A DNA stretch of 64,000 nt from Candidatus Sumerlaeia bacterium. Its GTDB lineage: Bacteria; Sumerlaeota; Sumerlaeia; SLMS01; JANRJK01. Below the pieces are notes generated by a model that saw only the letters and a list, made by a program, of their open reading frames with translations, did no database searches and was not told the origin of the DNA. A program made the translations under genes and the position numbers. Each line of letters opens with the position of its first letter. Positions within the stretch are counted from its first letter, which is position 1. This document shows positions 1-8,705 of the stretch, piece by piece. The DNA lies in contig JANRJK010000046.1 of assembly GCA_033764015.1 (NCBI GenBank), positions 202,836 to 266,835 of the forward strand, given 5' to 3'.

Positions 1-542
1 TCGCGATGAACAGCGTGCTGCCGCAGGACATCCGCGTCCGCCGCGCCGTGCCCTGCGGCGAGGAGTTCGGTCCGCGGCACGACGCCGTGATGCGCACCTA
101 CCGCTACCGGGTGTGCGTCGGCGTGCCGGTGCCGCCGGTCGCGAGGGGATTCGTCGCTTACGTGGGGCGCGTGCCCGCGCCGGAACTCCTCGCCGAGGCC
201 GCGCCGCTCTACCTCGGCAAGCGCGAGTTCCGCGAGTGGCGCGCCGCCCAGTGCCAAGGCAAGCGCACGCTCCTCACGATCTCCCGCGCGGAGGTCCGCA
301 CCCCGGAGGAGACCGGCGAGGCGTGGCACGACTTCGTGTTCTCCGCGCGCAGCTTCCTCCAGCACATGGTGCGCTTCCTGGTCGGCGGCTGCATCTCGGT
401 GGCGCGGCGGAAGGTCGCCATGGAGGAGCTGGCGCTCGCGCTCGCCGAGGGGCGCCGCCCGCGTGACATCGCCCCCGCGGAGGCGCGCGGCCTCATCCTC
501 GAACGCGTCGACTATCCGCCGGAGAAGGACCCGTTCCGGTAG
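1..542 (+). CDS. truA: tRNA pseudouridine(38-40) synthase TruA, 5'-truncated by window edge
   Basis: C-terminal TruA motifs: NSVLPQDIRV, RTYRYR, SFLQHMVRFLVG, APAEARGLILERVDY. Confidence 0.88.
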   Translation, partial: AMNSVLPQDIRVRRAVPCGEEFGPRHDAVMRTYRYRVCVGVPVPPVARGFVAYVGRVPAPELLAEAAPLYLGKREFREWRAAQCQGKRTLLTISRAEVRTPEETGEAWHDFVFSARSFLQHMVRFLVGGCISVARRKVAMEELALALAEGRRPRDIAPAEARGLILERVDYPPEKDPFR

Positions 543-548
543 CGCGCG

Positions 549-1181
549 CTAGCGGACGCCGATCGCTTTGTGCGTCTGCACGCTTAGGCGCCATTGGGGG
601 TTCGCGAGGCAGTACGCCACCGCCGCGCGCGTGTTCGCCTCCACCTCCGGGCCGTCCATCGGCTGCAGGAAGAAATGCTTGAAGCGCTGCCCGGCGAACC
701 GCTCCGGCGCCGCGGCCTCCTGCGGGAAGACCAGCTTCAGCTCGTCGCCCTCGAAGAGCACCTGCTCCGCGCGCGCCTTGGGGCTCACGCAGATCCAATC
801 GATCCCAGGCGGAGGCAGGCGCGTGCCGTTCGTTTCGATCGCGATCTCGAAGCCGCGGGCGTGGAGCGCCTCCACCAGCGCCGGGTCCACTTGCAGGAGC
901 GGCTCGCCGCCGGTCAGCACGACGAGCCGCGCGCCCTTCCCCGCGGGCCACTGCGCCACGACCGCTTCCGCCAGCGCGTCCGCATCGGCGAAGCGTCCAC
1001 CGCCCGAACCGTCCGTGCCGACGAAGTCCGTGTCGCAGAACTGGCACACTGCGGAGGCGCGGTCCGCCTCTCGCCCGCTCCAAAGGTTGCATCCGGCGAA
1101 GCGGCAGAACACCGCCGCGCGCCCGCACTGGGCGCCTTCGCCTTGAATCGTCAGGTAGATTTCCTTCACCGCGTAGGGCAC
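549..1181 (-). CDS. queE: 7-carboxy-7-deazaguanine synthase (radical SAM)
   Basis: YAVKEIYLTIQGEG, CRFAGCNLW...CQFCDTDF (CX14CX2C-type QueE motif), LTGGEPLLQ, IETNGT, WRLSVQTHK; GTG start at 1181 preceded by GAGGTGAG. Confidence 0.93.
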   Translation of the reverse strand: MPYAVKEIYLTIQGEGAQCGRAAVFCRFAGCNLWSGREADRASAVCQFCDTDFVGTDGSGGGRFADADALAEAVVAQWPAGKGARLVVLTGGEPLLQVDPALVEALHARGFEIAIETNGTRLPPPGIDWICVSPKARAEQVLFEGDELKLVFPQEAAAPERFAGQRFKHFFLQPMDGPEVEANTRAAVAYCLANPQWRLSVQTHKAIGVR

Positions 1182-1228
1182 GAAGCGCTCACCTCGCAGG
1201 CAGCGTGCGCGACCCCTGCGCGCGGTGT

Positions 1229-1263
1229 CGAGGGCGGCGGCCGCCGACGCGCCGCCGCCCTCG
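1229..1263 (-). terminator. GC-rich hairpin downstream of nitroreductase gene
   Basis: Perfect 13-bp inverted repeat CGAGGGCGGCGGC / GCCGCCGCCCTCG with 9-nt loop; no U-tract, so terminator function is uncertain. Confidence 0.4.
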
Positions 1264-1273
1264 CCGGATCCCG

Positions 1274-1879
1274 TTAGAACGAGTTCTCGCGCACCACCTC
1301 GGAGAGGTCGAGTTGGCCGGGCTTGGGCCACACGTCCTTCGTCTTCTTCCCGATGGCGACCAGCGGGCCCATGGCGTGGTCCGCCGGCAGCTTCACCAGC
1401 TTCGCCACTTGCTCGATGTCGAAGCCGATCATCGGGCACGAGTCGTAGCCGAGCTCCTTCGCGGCGAGCATCAGCGTCTGCATCGCCATGCCGATGGAGC
1501 GCTGCGCCTCGTCGCGCTGCAGCCACTCGCGGCCCTCGTGGAACGGGGCCATCCAGCCCACCAGGAGGTCCGACACCGCCTGCGGCGCATTGCGCCAATA
1601 CCGCGCAGGCTCCTTGGTCCACGCCTTCACGTCCGCGGTGAACAGGACCAGCAGCGAAGCGTCCGTGATCTGGGACTGGTCGTTGCCGAACTCCTTGCGG
1701 ATGCGGGCGCGCAGCTCCGGATCGCGGAGGATCACGAAGCGCCAGTGCTGGATGTTGAAGCTTGTGGGCGCTTGGATCGCCGCTTCCAGCAGCGTGCGCT
1801 CCTCCTCCGCGGTCATCTTGTGGTTCGGGTCGAAGTGCTTCACCGCGCGGCGCTCGCGAATCGCGTCGAGGACGTTCAT
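1274..1879 (-). CDS. Nitroreductase family protein
   Basis: AIRERRAVKHFD, APTSFNIQHWRF, LAAKELGYDSCPMIGFD; ATG at 1879. Confidence 0.92.
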   Translation of the reverse strand: MNVLDAIRERRAVKHFDPNHKMTAEEERTLLEAAIQAPTSFNIQHWRFVILRDPELRARIRKEFGNDQSQITDASLLVLFTADVKAWTKEPARYWRNAPQAVSDLLVGWMAPFHEGREWLQRDEAQRSIGMAMQTLMLAAKELGYDSCPMIGFDIEQVAKLVKLPADHAMGPLVAIGKKTKDVWPKPGQLDLSEVVRENSF

Positions 1880-1990
1880 CGAAATGGGTTCCGTTCTGGG
1901 GAGTGTGGGCGGGCGCTGTGTTTCTTGCCCGCCGGCTGCATCCAGTGGAGCACAAGCAGGGCCAAGCCCGCACCCCGAGGAGTACCCCTT

Positions 1991-2545
1991 ATGACAGAAC
2001 GCGAAAGGATGCTGGCGGGGGAGTTGTACCGCCCCGCCGACCCGGAACTGGCCGCGATGCGGTTGCGCGCCCGCAGCCTGATGCACCGCATCAACCACTC
2101 GGACCCGGCGGACATGCCCGCGCGCACGGGCCTTTTCCGCCAGTTGTTCGGCGCCATCGGCACCCGCTTCGAGATCGAGCCGCCGTTCCATTGCGACTAC
2201 GGCTGCCACATCCACATCGGCGAGGACTTCTTCGCCAACTTCGGGTGCGTGGTGCTCGACGTGTGCGAAGTGCGGATCGGGCGGAGCGTCTTCCTCGCGC
2301 CCGGGGTGCACATCTACACGGCGGAGCATCCGCTCGATCCCGCCGCGCGGACGAGCGGGGGCGAGATGGGCCGCCCGGTCACGATCGGCGACCGCGTCTG
2401 GATCGGAGGCGGGGCGATCATCCTGCCGGGCGTTGCCATCGGCGAGGACGCGGTGGTCGCCGCCGGCGCCGTGGTCGCGCGCGATGTGCCAGCGGGCGCC
2501 CTGGTTGGCGGCGTGCCGGCGCGCTTCATGAAGCCCGCCCGCTGA
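1991..2545 (+). CDS. maa: Sugar O-acetyltransferase (maltose/galactoside acetyltransferase family)
   Basis: MTERERMLAGELY, IEPPFHCDYG, hexapeptide repeats, VWIGGGAIILPGV. Confidence 0.88.
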   Translation: MTERERMLAGELYRPADPELAAMRLRARSLMHRINHSDPADMPARTGLFRQLFGAIGTRFEIEPPFHCDYGCHIHIGEDFFANFGCVVLDVCEVRIGRSVFLAPGVHIYTAEHPLDPAARTSGGEMGRPVTIGDRVWIGGGAIILPGVAIGEDAVVAAGAVVARDVPAGALVGGVPARFMKPAR

Positions 2546-2627
2546 GCTTTCCACCTCGACCCCGTAGGCCGCGCCGAGATAGTCCCGCGCCCTTGCAACG
2601 CAACGCCTCCCGGACTCCGCCCCCCCG

Positions 2628-4199
2628 ATGACCACCCAGCAGCCGCCCGCCGCCTCCAACGCCTCCGGCTTCCTCTCGCGGATCGGCGCGCTGCTCGCGG
2701 ACCTGCTCCTGCTCGGCGCTTTCCTCGCCGCCGCCACCTCGGTGCTTCAGGTGCTCATCTCCGTCGTCGTGCTCGTGGTCGGCTACGCGCAGCACGCCAA
2801 CGACCGCTTCGGGATGATCGAGTCCGACTGGCCCGCGCGGCACCGCGAAGACTGGCTGGTGCTCGGCGGCAGCATCCTCGCCTCGGTGCTGTTGATCCTC
2901 TTCCACCGCTTGTTCCTCCGCGTGCGCCGGCGGCTCCTGGCGCGCTTCGTCGAGAGCCGTTTCGAAAGCTTCGTCAGCAAGCGCTACCTGCTCGCGCGCG
3001 AGGGCGGCTCACTCGTTTCGCTCATCGCCGTCGTCTCCGTCTCCGGCGTCGCCGTCGGCGTCATGGCGCTCGTCGTCGTGATGTCGGTGATGAACGGCTT
3101 CGATCGCGTGCTGCTGGCGAAGATCATGGGCGTGATTTCGCACGTCGAGATTTCGCCCACCTTCGGCGGCGACCGCACGATCTCCTGGAGCGAAGTCGAG
3201 TACCTGATGGAGACGGTCGAGGCGAACCCGGAGGTGGTCGCCGCAGCGCCGCTCTTCGTCCGCCAGACGCTCTTCCAGCGCGACACCGGCGGCTCCGAGT
3301 TCAAGGCCGGCGGGCTGATCCGCGGCATCGACTTCGACCGCGAGGCGAAGGTCTCCGACCTGATGGCAAACGTGCCCGCACCCGGCGCCGCCCGCCCCGG
3401 CTTCCGCGAGATCGTGCTCGGCATCCAGCTCGCCCGCACCCTCCGCGTGGGCCCCGGCGACGACGTCTATGTCCTCGGCAAAGTCGTCACCACCGCGAAC
3501 GGCACCTACCCGCGCCTGAGCCGCCTCAAGGTGGTCGGGCTGCTCCGGACCGGCCTGTACGATGTGGACAACGGCATCGGCTATGTCTCGATGGAGACGG
3601 CGCAGAACATCTTCGTGGACGAGGGCGCCGCGACCAGCGTCCACGTCAAGCTCCGCAAGCCGGAGGATGTGGACCTCGTGGCGCGCCAGCTCGCCGCGAC
3701 GATCACCCGCGGCAACTACCAGCTCGTCACCTGGCAGCAGCGGAACAGCGACTTCTTCAACGCACTCTGGGTCGAAAAGGTCGCCATGTTCATCATCCTG
3801 ATGCTGATCGTGCTGGTGGCCGCGTTCAACATCGTCGGCACGCTGGTGATGACGGTGGTGCAGAAGACGCGCGAGATCGGCATCCTGAAGAGCATGGGCG
3901 CGCCCTCCGGCGCGGTGATGCGGATCTTCCTGTCGCACGGTTTCTTCATCGGGCTGATCGGCACCGCGCTCGGGGTTTCCTGGGGGCTTTGGATCTGCCT
4001 CTTCGTGCACAACGACATCGACAAGATCTTCCGGCTGCCCTCGGGCGTGTACGGGCTCGAGCGGCTGCCGGTGCTGGTGGAGCCGTCCGTGGTGCTGTTT
4101 ATCGCGGGCTGCGCCATGGTGGTGTGCCTGCTGGCCTCGATCATCCCGGCGCGGCGCGCGGCGCGGTTCGACCCGGTCGAGGCGCTCCGGCACGAATAG
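2628..4199 (+). CDS. LolC/E-family lipoprotein-releasing ABC permease with N-terminal membrane extension
   Basis: GVAVGVMALVVVMSVMNGFD, MacB-like periplasmic domain, VAAFNIVGTLVMTVVQKTREIGILKSMGA, PARRAARFDPVEALRHE. Confidence 0.9.
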   Translation: MTTQQPPAASNASGFLSRIGALLADLLLLGAFLAAATSVLQVLISVVVLVVGYAQHANDRFGMIESDWPARHREDWLVLGGSILASVLLILFHRLFLRVRRRLLARFVESRFESFVSKRYLLAREGGSLVSLIAVVSVSGVAVGVMALVVVMSVMNGFDRVLLAKIMGVISHVEISPTFGGDRTISWSEVEYLMETVEANPEVVAAAPLFVRQTLFQRDTGGSEFKAGGLIRGIDFDREAKVSDLMANVPAPGAARPGFREIVLGIQLARTLRVGPGDDVYVLGKVVTTANGTYPRLSRLKVVGLLRTGLYDVDNGIGYVSMETAQNIFVDEGAATSVHVKLRKPEDVDLVARQLAATITRGNYQLVTWQQRNSDFFNALWVEKVAMFIILMLIVLVAAFNIVGTLVMTVVQKTREIGILKSMGAPSGAVMRIFLSHGFFIGLIGTALGVSWGLWICLFVHNDIDKIFRLPSGVYGLERLPVLVEPSVVLFIAGCAMVVCLLASIIPARRAARFDPVEALRHE

Positions 4200-4406
4200 C
4201 GCGCTTGGAGCGCCGTTGACCCGCCCGGGGGCGGCCCCCTTGCCTCGTGCGCTGGCCCGGAACCAACCCCGCGGCGCCCCCCGCGGTCTGCTTGTCCGCC
4301 GGCGGCGTGAAGGAAACGGCGCCCCGGCTGTATCACCACACGAACACAGGCGGAGCGGCGCATGGGTCGCTTGGCTCCCGCAACTGTCCCAAGGAGAAGA
4401 CCCCCG

Positions 4407-6125
4407 ATGAAGCTCCGTCACACCATGATGGCCGCCGCCATCCTCGCCGCGGCCCCCGCGTTCGCCGCCGCGCAGTCGCTCGCCGTTCCCCAGCACGTCC
4501 CCGCCGACGCGGTCGCCGTGGTCAGCATCAACGACACGAACACGATGTGGGGGAACCTCGCCAAGTCGCCGCTCGTCGGCCCCGTGAAGGAGCTCTTCGC
4601 CCTCCCCGCCCTCCAGGAGGGCATGGGCGAACTCGCCGGCGCGCTCGCCGAGGCGGAGGCCGAACTCGGCTTCCCCGTCAATGCCGACACGATGCTCGGC
4701 GACAAGGTCACGGGCGTCGACGTCTACATGCTCCCGACCAGCGACGGCGCCACCGTGCCGTCGATCGTCAAGGTCTTGAAGTTCAAGAGCGCCGACGACG
4801 CCGAGGCGATCGCAGAGCTGGTCGTCGCCGAGCTCGGCGACGGAGCCACGGACGCCACCACCGCCGAGGTCGGCGGCGCGACGGTCCACAGCTTCCCGAC
4901 CAGCGAGTTCCACATCGCCGTGAACGGCGACCTCATCGTCGCCGGCACCACCGCGGAGGCGGTCGGCGCCGCGATCACCAGCGACGGCAAGGCGGCGATC
5001 CTCGAGAGCCCCGAGTTCGCCCGCGCCATGGGCCAGCTCGCCGAGCGCCCGCACCAGATGTGGGTCTACGGCGCCGGCGACCAGCTCGTCGACGCGCTCG
5101 GAGCCGTCGTCCCCCCGGACGCCGCCTCGGGACTCAACAGCATGAAGGGCCAGACCATCGCCATGGTCGGCGACTTCCAGAGCGACTTCGTGAAGCTCAC
5201 CTCCTTCACGCCGAAGGAAAACTTCACCGGCGCCCAGCAGGTCTCCGCGGCCAACGCCAGCTCGAACGACCTCAAGGCGGCGGCCTATCTCCCCGGCAAC
5301 TCGCTGCTCTCCTTCACGATGAACTACCTCAGCGCGAAGGAGCATTGGGACGCCACGATCGCCGACGCGCAGAAGGCCGGCCCGGAAGCGCAGATGGGCC
5401 TCGGCATGATCCAGGGGAGCCTCCAGGGCAGCGAACAGTCGCTCGGGTTCTCGGTCTTCGACGAACTCTTCCCCGCGCTCGGCTCCAACATGGGCGTCAG
5501 CATCAACAAGCTCGCCTTCAACCCGACGATCCAGCCGCCGATCGACGTCGACCTGACGCTCGCCGCGCAGGCCAAGGACGCCGCGAAGCTCCAGGAGATC
5601 CTCGGCAAGCTCGAGGCGTCGGTGAACGCCGCGCTGAAGGAGCAGCTCATGGCGACCGGCATGGCGCCGGGCGACGACTTCTCCGCCTTCATCGGCAAGG
5701 AGTCCTCGGGCCAGAAGCTCCGCGTCTTCAAGGCGCCGGAGGGCTTCGACGCGCAGGTGCCCGTCACGCCCGCCTACACGCTGACGGACGACGGCTTCCT
5801 GGTGTTCGGCCTCTCGGAGAAGGGCGTCACGGACGCCCTCGCCCGCGCGACCGGCGGCGGCGAGACGGCCACCACGTCGGCCTCGTTCCAGCGCGCGCAG
5901 CAACTCTTCGACACGAACCGCAACTCGGTCACGGCGGTGAACCTGTCCGCGATCTCCGACACGGGCACCAACTTGATGCTGGTCTTCGGCGCGACCCAGC
6001 CGCCCGACGCGCAGGCCGCCATCAACAGCACGCTCAAGGTCCTCAAGGCGATGGGCAGCGTCTACGCCGTGAAGACGTACAGCGACGCGGGTTCCATCGA
6101 CGAGTTCGTCACGGTCATGAAGTAA
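4407..6125 (+). CDS. Secreted hypothetical protein (possibly DUF3352-like)
   Basis: AAGGAG SD then ATG 4407; signal peptide MKLRHTMMAAAILAAAPAFAAA-Q; strongly biased codon usage; N-terminal VPADAVAVVSI resembles DUF3352-type proteins. Confidence 0.8.
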   Translation: MKLRHTMMAAAILAAAPAFAAAQSLAVPQHVPADAVAVVSINDTNTMWGNLAKSPLVGPVKELFALPALQEGMGELAGALAEAEAELGFPVNADTMLGDKVTGVDVYMLPTSDGATVPSIVKVLKFKSADDAEAIAELVVAELGDGATDATTAEVGGATVHSFPTSEFHIAVNGDLIVAGTTAEAVGAAITSDGKAAILESPEFARAMGQLAERPHQMWVYGAGDQLVDALGAVVPPDAASGLNSMKGQTIAMVGDFQSDFVKLTSFTPKENFTGAQQVSAANASSNDLKAAAYLPGNSLLSFTMNYLSAKEHWDATIADAQKAGPEAQMGLGMIQGSLQGSEQSLGFSVFDELFPALGSNMGVSINKLAFNPTIQPPIDVDLTLAAQAKDAAKLQEILGKLEASVNAALKEQLMATGMAPGDDFSAFIGKESSGQKLRVFKAPEGFDAQVPVTPAYTLTDDGFLVFGLSEKGVTDALARATGGGETATTSASFQRAQQLFDTNRNSVTAVNLSAISDTGTNLMLVFGATQPPDAQAAINSTLKVLKAMGSVYAVKTYSDAGSIDEFVTVMK

Positions 6126-6181
6126 CAGCGGCGCGCCGGGGCGGCTCCCAAGCCGCCCCGGCTCCACCGCCCGGAATAGGA

Positions 6182-6212
6182 CGGCCCCCGGAACGATTGG
6201 TTCCGGGGGCCG
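6182..6212. terminator. Hairpin between convergent genes (probable bidirectional terminator)
   Basis: 13-bp perfect stem CGGCCCCCGGAAC / GTTCCGGGGGCCG, loop GATTG, followed by CTTCATTC. Confidence 0.65.
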
Positions 6213-6239
6213 CTTCATTCACTGGCTATCGAGGGAGGC

Positions 6240-7064
6240 TTACTGCGGGACGCCCTCGCCGGACCCGTTGCCCGACGCGAACGCCGTCGCGGAGTTCGCG
6301 AGGTGCTCCGGAGCTTCGATGTTCACTTGGATCTGGTTCCGGTAGGTGCGGACGACGCCCTTGACGACGAGCGGCATGCCGCGGTCGAGGCGGACCGTCG
6401 GGTCCAGCTTGTCGGACACCTCGCGCCAGAAGACCAGTTCGACCGCGCCTGTCTGGTCGCGGAGCGTGATCTTGGTGGGGGTGCGGGGGACGGGGCTGGG
6501 GGCGTACTCTTCGATGACGCCGGCGAGCTGGACGCGCGAGTCCACCGTGTGCAGGCCGATGGCGCCGATGGTCACCGGGACGAAGACGTTGGGATCGACG
6601 CGGTTGGCGCTCCAGCGGGGCACCTTGAAGCCGGGCTTCACGCGGATGTGCGTGGGCTGCGTGATGTTGAGCTGGCGCTCGCCGCGGTACTCGCCGGTTT
6701 CGGCGAACAGGTCGATCACCGCTCCCTTGACGAACTTCTCCCGGTCCGGCACCTGGAGCCAGACGTCCTCGAAGACAACGACCGGCGCCTGGCCGGTGTC
6801 GTCGGCGATGAAGAGCTTCCAAGGCTGGCGGGTGCCGGGTTGCGGGCTCTGGATCGAAACGAGTGTGCACCGGATGTAGGAGTAGGACGCGAGTCCCTTG
6901 CCGGTGTCCTTGGCGACCGCGTCGCGGATCGGGCTCCAAGGAAGGTGGTCGCCGGTGTCGACCGGCTGCTGCTGGGATGCCGCGTCGCCTTGGGCCGGGA
7001 GCACCGCCGGCATCGCGGCGAGCGCCAGCAACACCGGAACGGTCTTGAGGAGTTCCCTGAGCAT
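6240..7064 (-). CDS. Exported protein with two OB-fold nucleic-acid-binding-like domains (alternative start 7100)
   Basis: Signal peptide LLALAAMPAVLPA-Q; two repeats ...DDTGQAPVVVF...GEYRGERQLNI and ...DQTGAVELVFW...KGVVRTYRNQIQVNI, typical of tRNA-anticodon/RPA-type OB folds. Confidence 0.75.
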   Translation of the reverse strand: MLRELLKTVPVLLALAAMPAVLPAQGDAASQQQPVDTGDHLPWSPIRDAVAKDTGKGLASYSYIRCTLVSIQSPQPGTRQPWKLFIADDTGQAPVVVFEDVWLQVPDREKFVKGAVIDLFAETGEYRGERQLNITQPTHIRVKPGFKVPRWSANRVDPNVFVPVTIGAIGLHTVDSRVQLAGVIEEYAPSPVPRTPTKITLRDQTGAVELVFWREVSDKLDPTVRLDRGMPLVVKGVVRTYRNQIQVNIEAPEHLANSATAFASGNGSGEGVPQ

Positions 7065-7190
7065 CTGTAGTTGCGGCTCCTTTGCGGAGAGGGGTTCCAT
7101 GCTTGGGCCAACTACTGGAGAGAGACCGGGACCATCGACAAGGGGTTTTGGGCTCTAAAAGCCTTTATGGGGAGGGTGTGGAGCTTACCC

Positions 7191-7224
7191 TTGCTTCCCC
7201 TAGCGGGGATGGAACACCTATAAT
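7191..7224 (+). promoter_or_regulatory. Possible sigma70 -10 box in AT-richer divergent intergenic region
   Basis: Perfect TATAAT at 7219-7224; TTGCTT at 7191 is 22 nt away (non-canonical spacing). Confidence 0.3.
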
Positions 7225-7306
7225 GTTGCCAAGGTTCCGGCGGTTGGGCGGCGCTAAAAGTCGCCGCGAAATCGCGAGGACCGATCCCGGCCACGGAGTG
7301 CGAACC

Positions 7307-8614
7307 ATGCCCCCCCGCTTCGAACCGGGCCAGCTTCTGGCCGACGAGGAGCTCCAGCTCAAGTCCCGGCTCATCGAGGCGGGATGGGGTGCCGTCTGGC
7401 GCGCGGACCATCCGCGCCACGGCGCCGTCTTCGCCGTCTTCTGGGACGACCCGGCCGACACGGCCAAGGCGTCGAAGCGCCTCGAGCGCTGGCGCTCCAT
7501 GGCACAGCACATCACGCACCTCGCCCCCGTCGCCGGGTTCTCGCCCGGCGCCCCCCGTCCGCACCTCCTGCTGCCGGACTCCGGCGCGCCGCTGCTCTCC
7601 GAGAGGCTGGCCCAGGGTCCGCTCACCGGCCGCGAGGCCGCCCGCCTCGGCGCGACACTGGGCCACGCCCTCGTCGCCCTCGAGGGCGAAGCGATCCTCC
7701 CGCTCGGACTTTCGCCGGAGCGCATCCAGCTCGGCCCCGGCGGCAAGCCCGAGGGCCTCGCGATCCTCCCGTTCGGCCTGTTCGACCCTTCCGAGCGTTC
7801 GCGCCACGACGCCGCCGCTTGGCAGGCGCCGAACCTCCTGCCGGAGGACGACTGGGACAAACGCCATGCGGACGTGTTCGCGCTCGGGCTGCTCGTCGTC
7901 GCGGCGGCCACCGGCAAGCCCGGCCCGCCCTCGCCCGGGGACCGCCGCGGCGGTGTGCCCTACTCCAAGCTTTCCACGCTCCTGTCGAACCTGCTGGTGT
8001 CGCAGGGCGGCGCCTATCCGGAGCCGAAGGTCGCGGTGATGATGCTCGAGCGCTGGCTGGCCCGCGAGGCCGTCGGCGACGAGAAGGAGCTCGCGGAGCG
8101 CAAGGCCGACGCGCAGCGCACCCCCGCCCAGCGGGCGCTGCACCGCCACAAGCCGCTGCTCGTGAAGCTCGGCGCGGCGCTCGGCGCGGTGCTCGCCGTG
8201 GTGCTGGTCGGGATGCTGCTCATCAAGTCGATCTCCGGCGGCGACCCGGCGGACACGCCGCGGGGAGTGGCGCGGGCGTTCTTCGAGGCGCTGGTGGACC
8301 GCGATCCGGCGGCGGCGGACAGGTTCGCCCGCGAGGAGGCGGCGGGCCGGGCGGCGATGCTGCTCGCGGAGGTGGAGCGCCTCGAGGCGGCGGCGCTCGC
8401 AAGCCGGCTCGGCGCCGCGCAGGCGCCGCGGCTCGGCGACGCCTCCATCAGCCCCATCCAGGGGACCACAAGCCTCGTCGGCGAAAACGGCGACGCCTTC
8501 ATGCGCGTCGACTTCGTGCTCAAGCTGGACCGCGGCACCCGCAAGTGGCACGTCGCCACGCTGCTCTGGGCGCCCCTCGTGGGGCAGCCGGAGGAACCGC
8601 GGCAGGCCCCGTAA
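7307..8614 (+). CDS. Membrane-anchored Ser/Thr pseudokinase (degenerate Hanks-type fold, TM helix, extracytoplasmic domain)
   Basis: Kinase-like scaffold AGWGAVWRA, LSERLAQGPL, DVFALG but no VAIK Lys, HRD or DFG; TM LGAALGAVLAVVLVGMLLI; ATG at 7307. Confidence 0.72.
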   Translation: MPPRFEPGQLLADEELQLKSRLIEAGWGAVWRADHPRHGAVFAVFWDDPADTAKASKRLERWRSMAQHITHLAPVAGFSPGAPRPHLLLPDSGAPLLSERLAQGPLTGREAARLGATLGHALVALEGEAILPLGLSPERIQLGPGGKPEGLAILPFGLFDPSERSRHDAAAWQAPNLLPEDDWDKRHADVFALGLLVVAAATGKPGPPSPGDRRGGVPYSKLSTLLSNLLVSQGGAYPEPKVAVMMLERWLAREAVGDEKELAERKADAQRTPAQRALHRHKPLLVKLGAALGAVLAVVLVGMLLIKSISGGDPADTPRGVARAFFEALVDRDPAAADRFAREEAAGRAAMLLAEVERLEAAALASRLGAAQAPRLGDASISPIQGTTSLVGENGDAFMRVDFVLKLDRGTRKWHVATLLWAPLVGQPEEPRQAP

Positions 8615-8705
8615 CCCCCGCCGCCTCCCCTGTTGCGCGAAGGGCGGGAAACTTGCGAGCGTCCGTCCCAGACCCGGCGCGCCGCGCCCGCCGTCGAGGA
8701 ACCCG

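Noticed and set aside
549..1181. queE as part of a 7-deazaguanine DNA-modification (dpd) defence island
   Set aside because: No dpdA/tgt-like, queC, queD or folE neighbours; queA in the window points to ordinary tRNA queuosine synthesis
1182..1273. Possible preQ1 riboswitch upstream of queE (or queA)
   Set aside because: No preQ1 consensus or A-rich tail seen; only a plain GC hairpin
3009..6218. Very long antisense/alternative-frame ORFs (e.g. 3009-6218, 17764-21048, 18441-21305, 50506-54222, and the extension of prpB to 44557)
   Set aside because: They shadow well-supported genes, are Arg/Gly/Ala/Pro-rich without motifs, and are expected from stop-codon scarcity at this GC content
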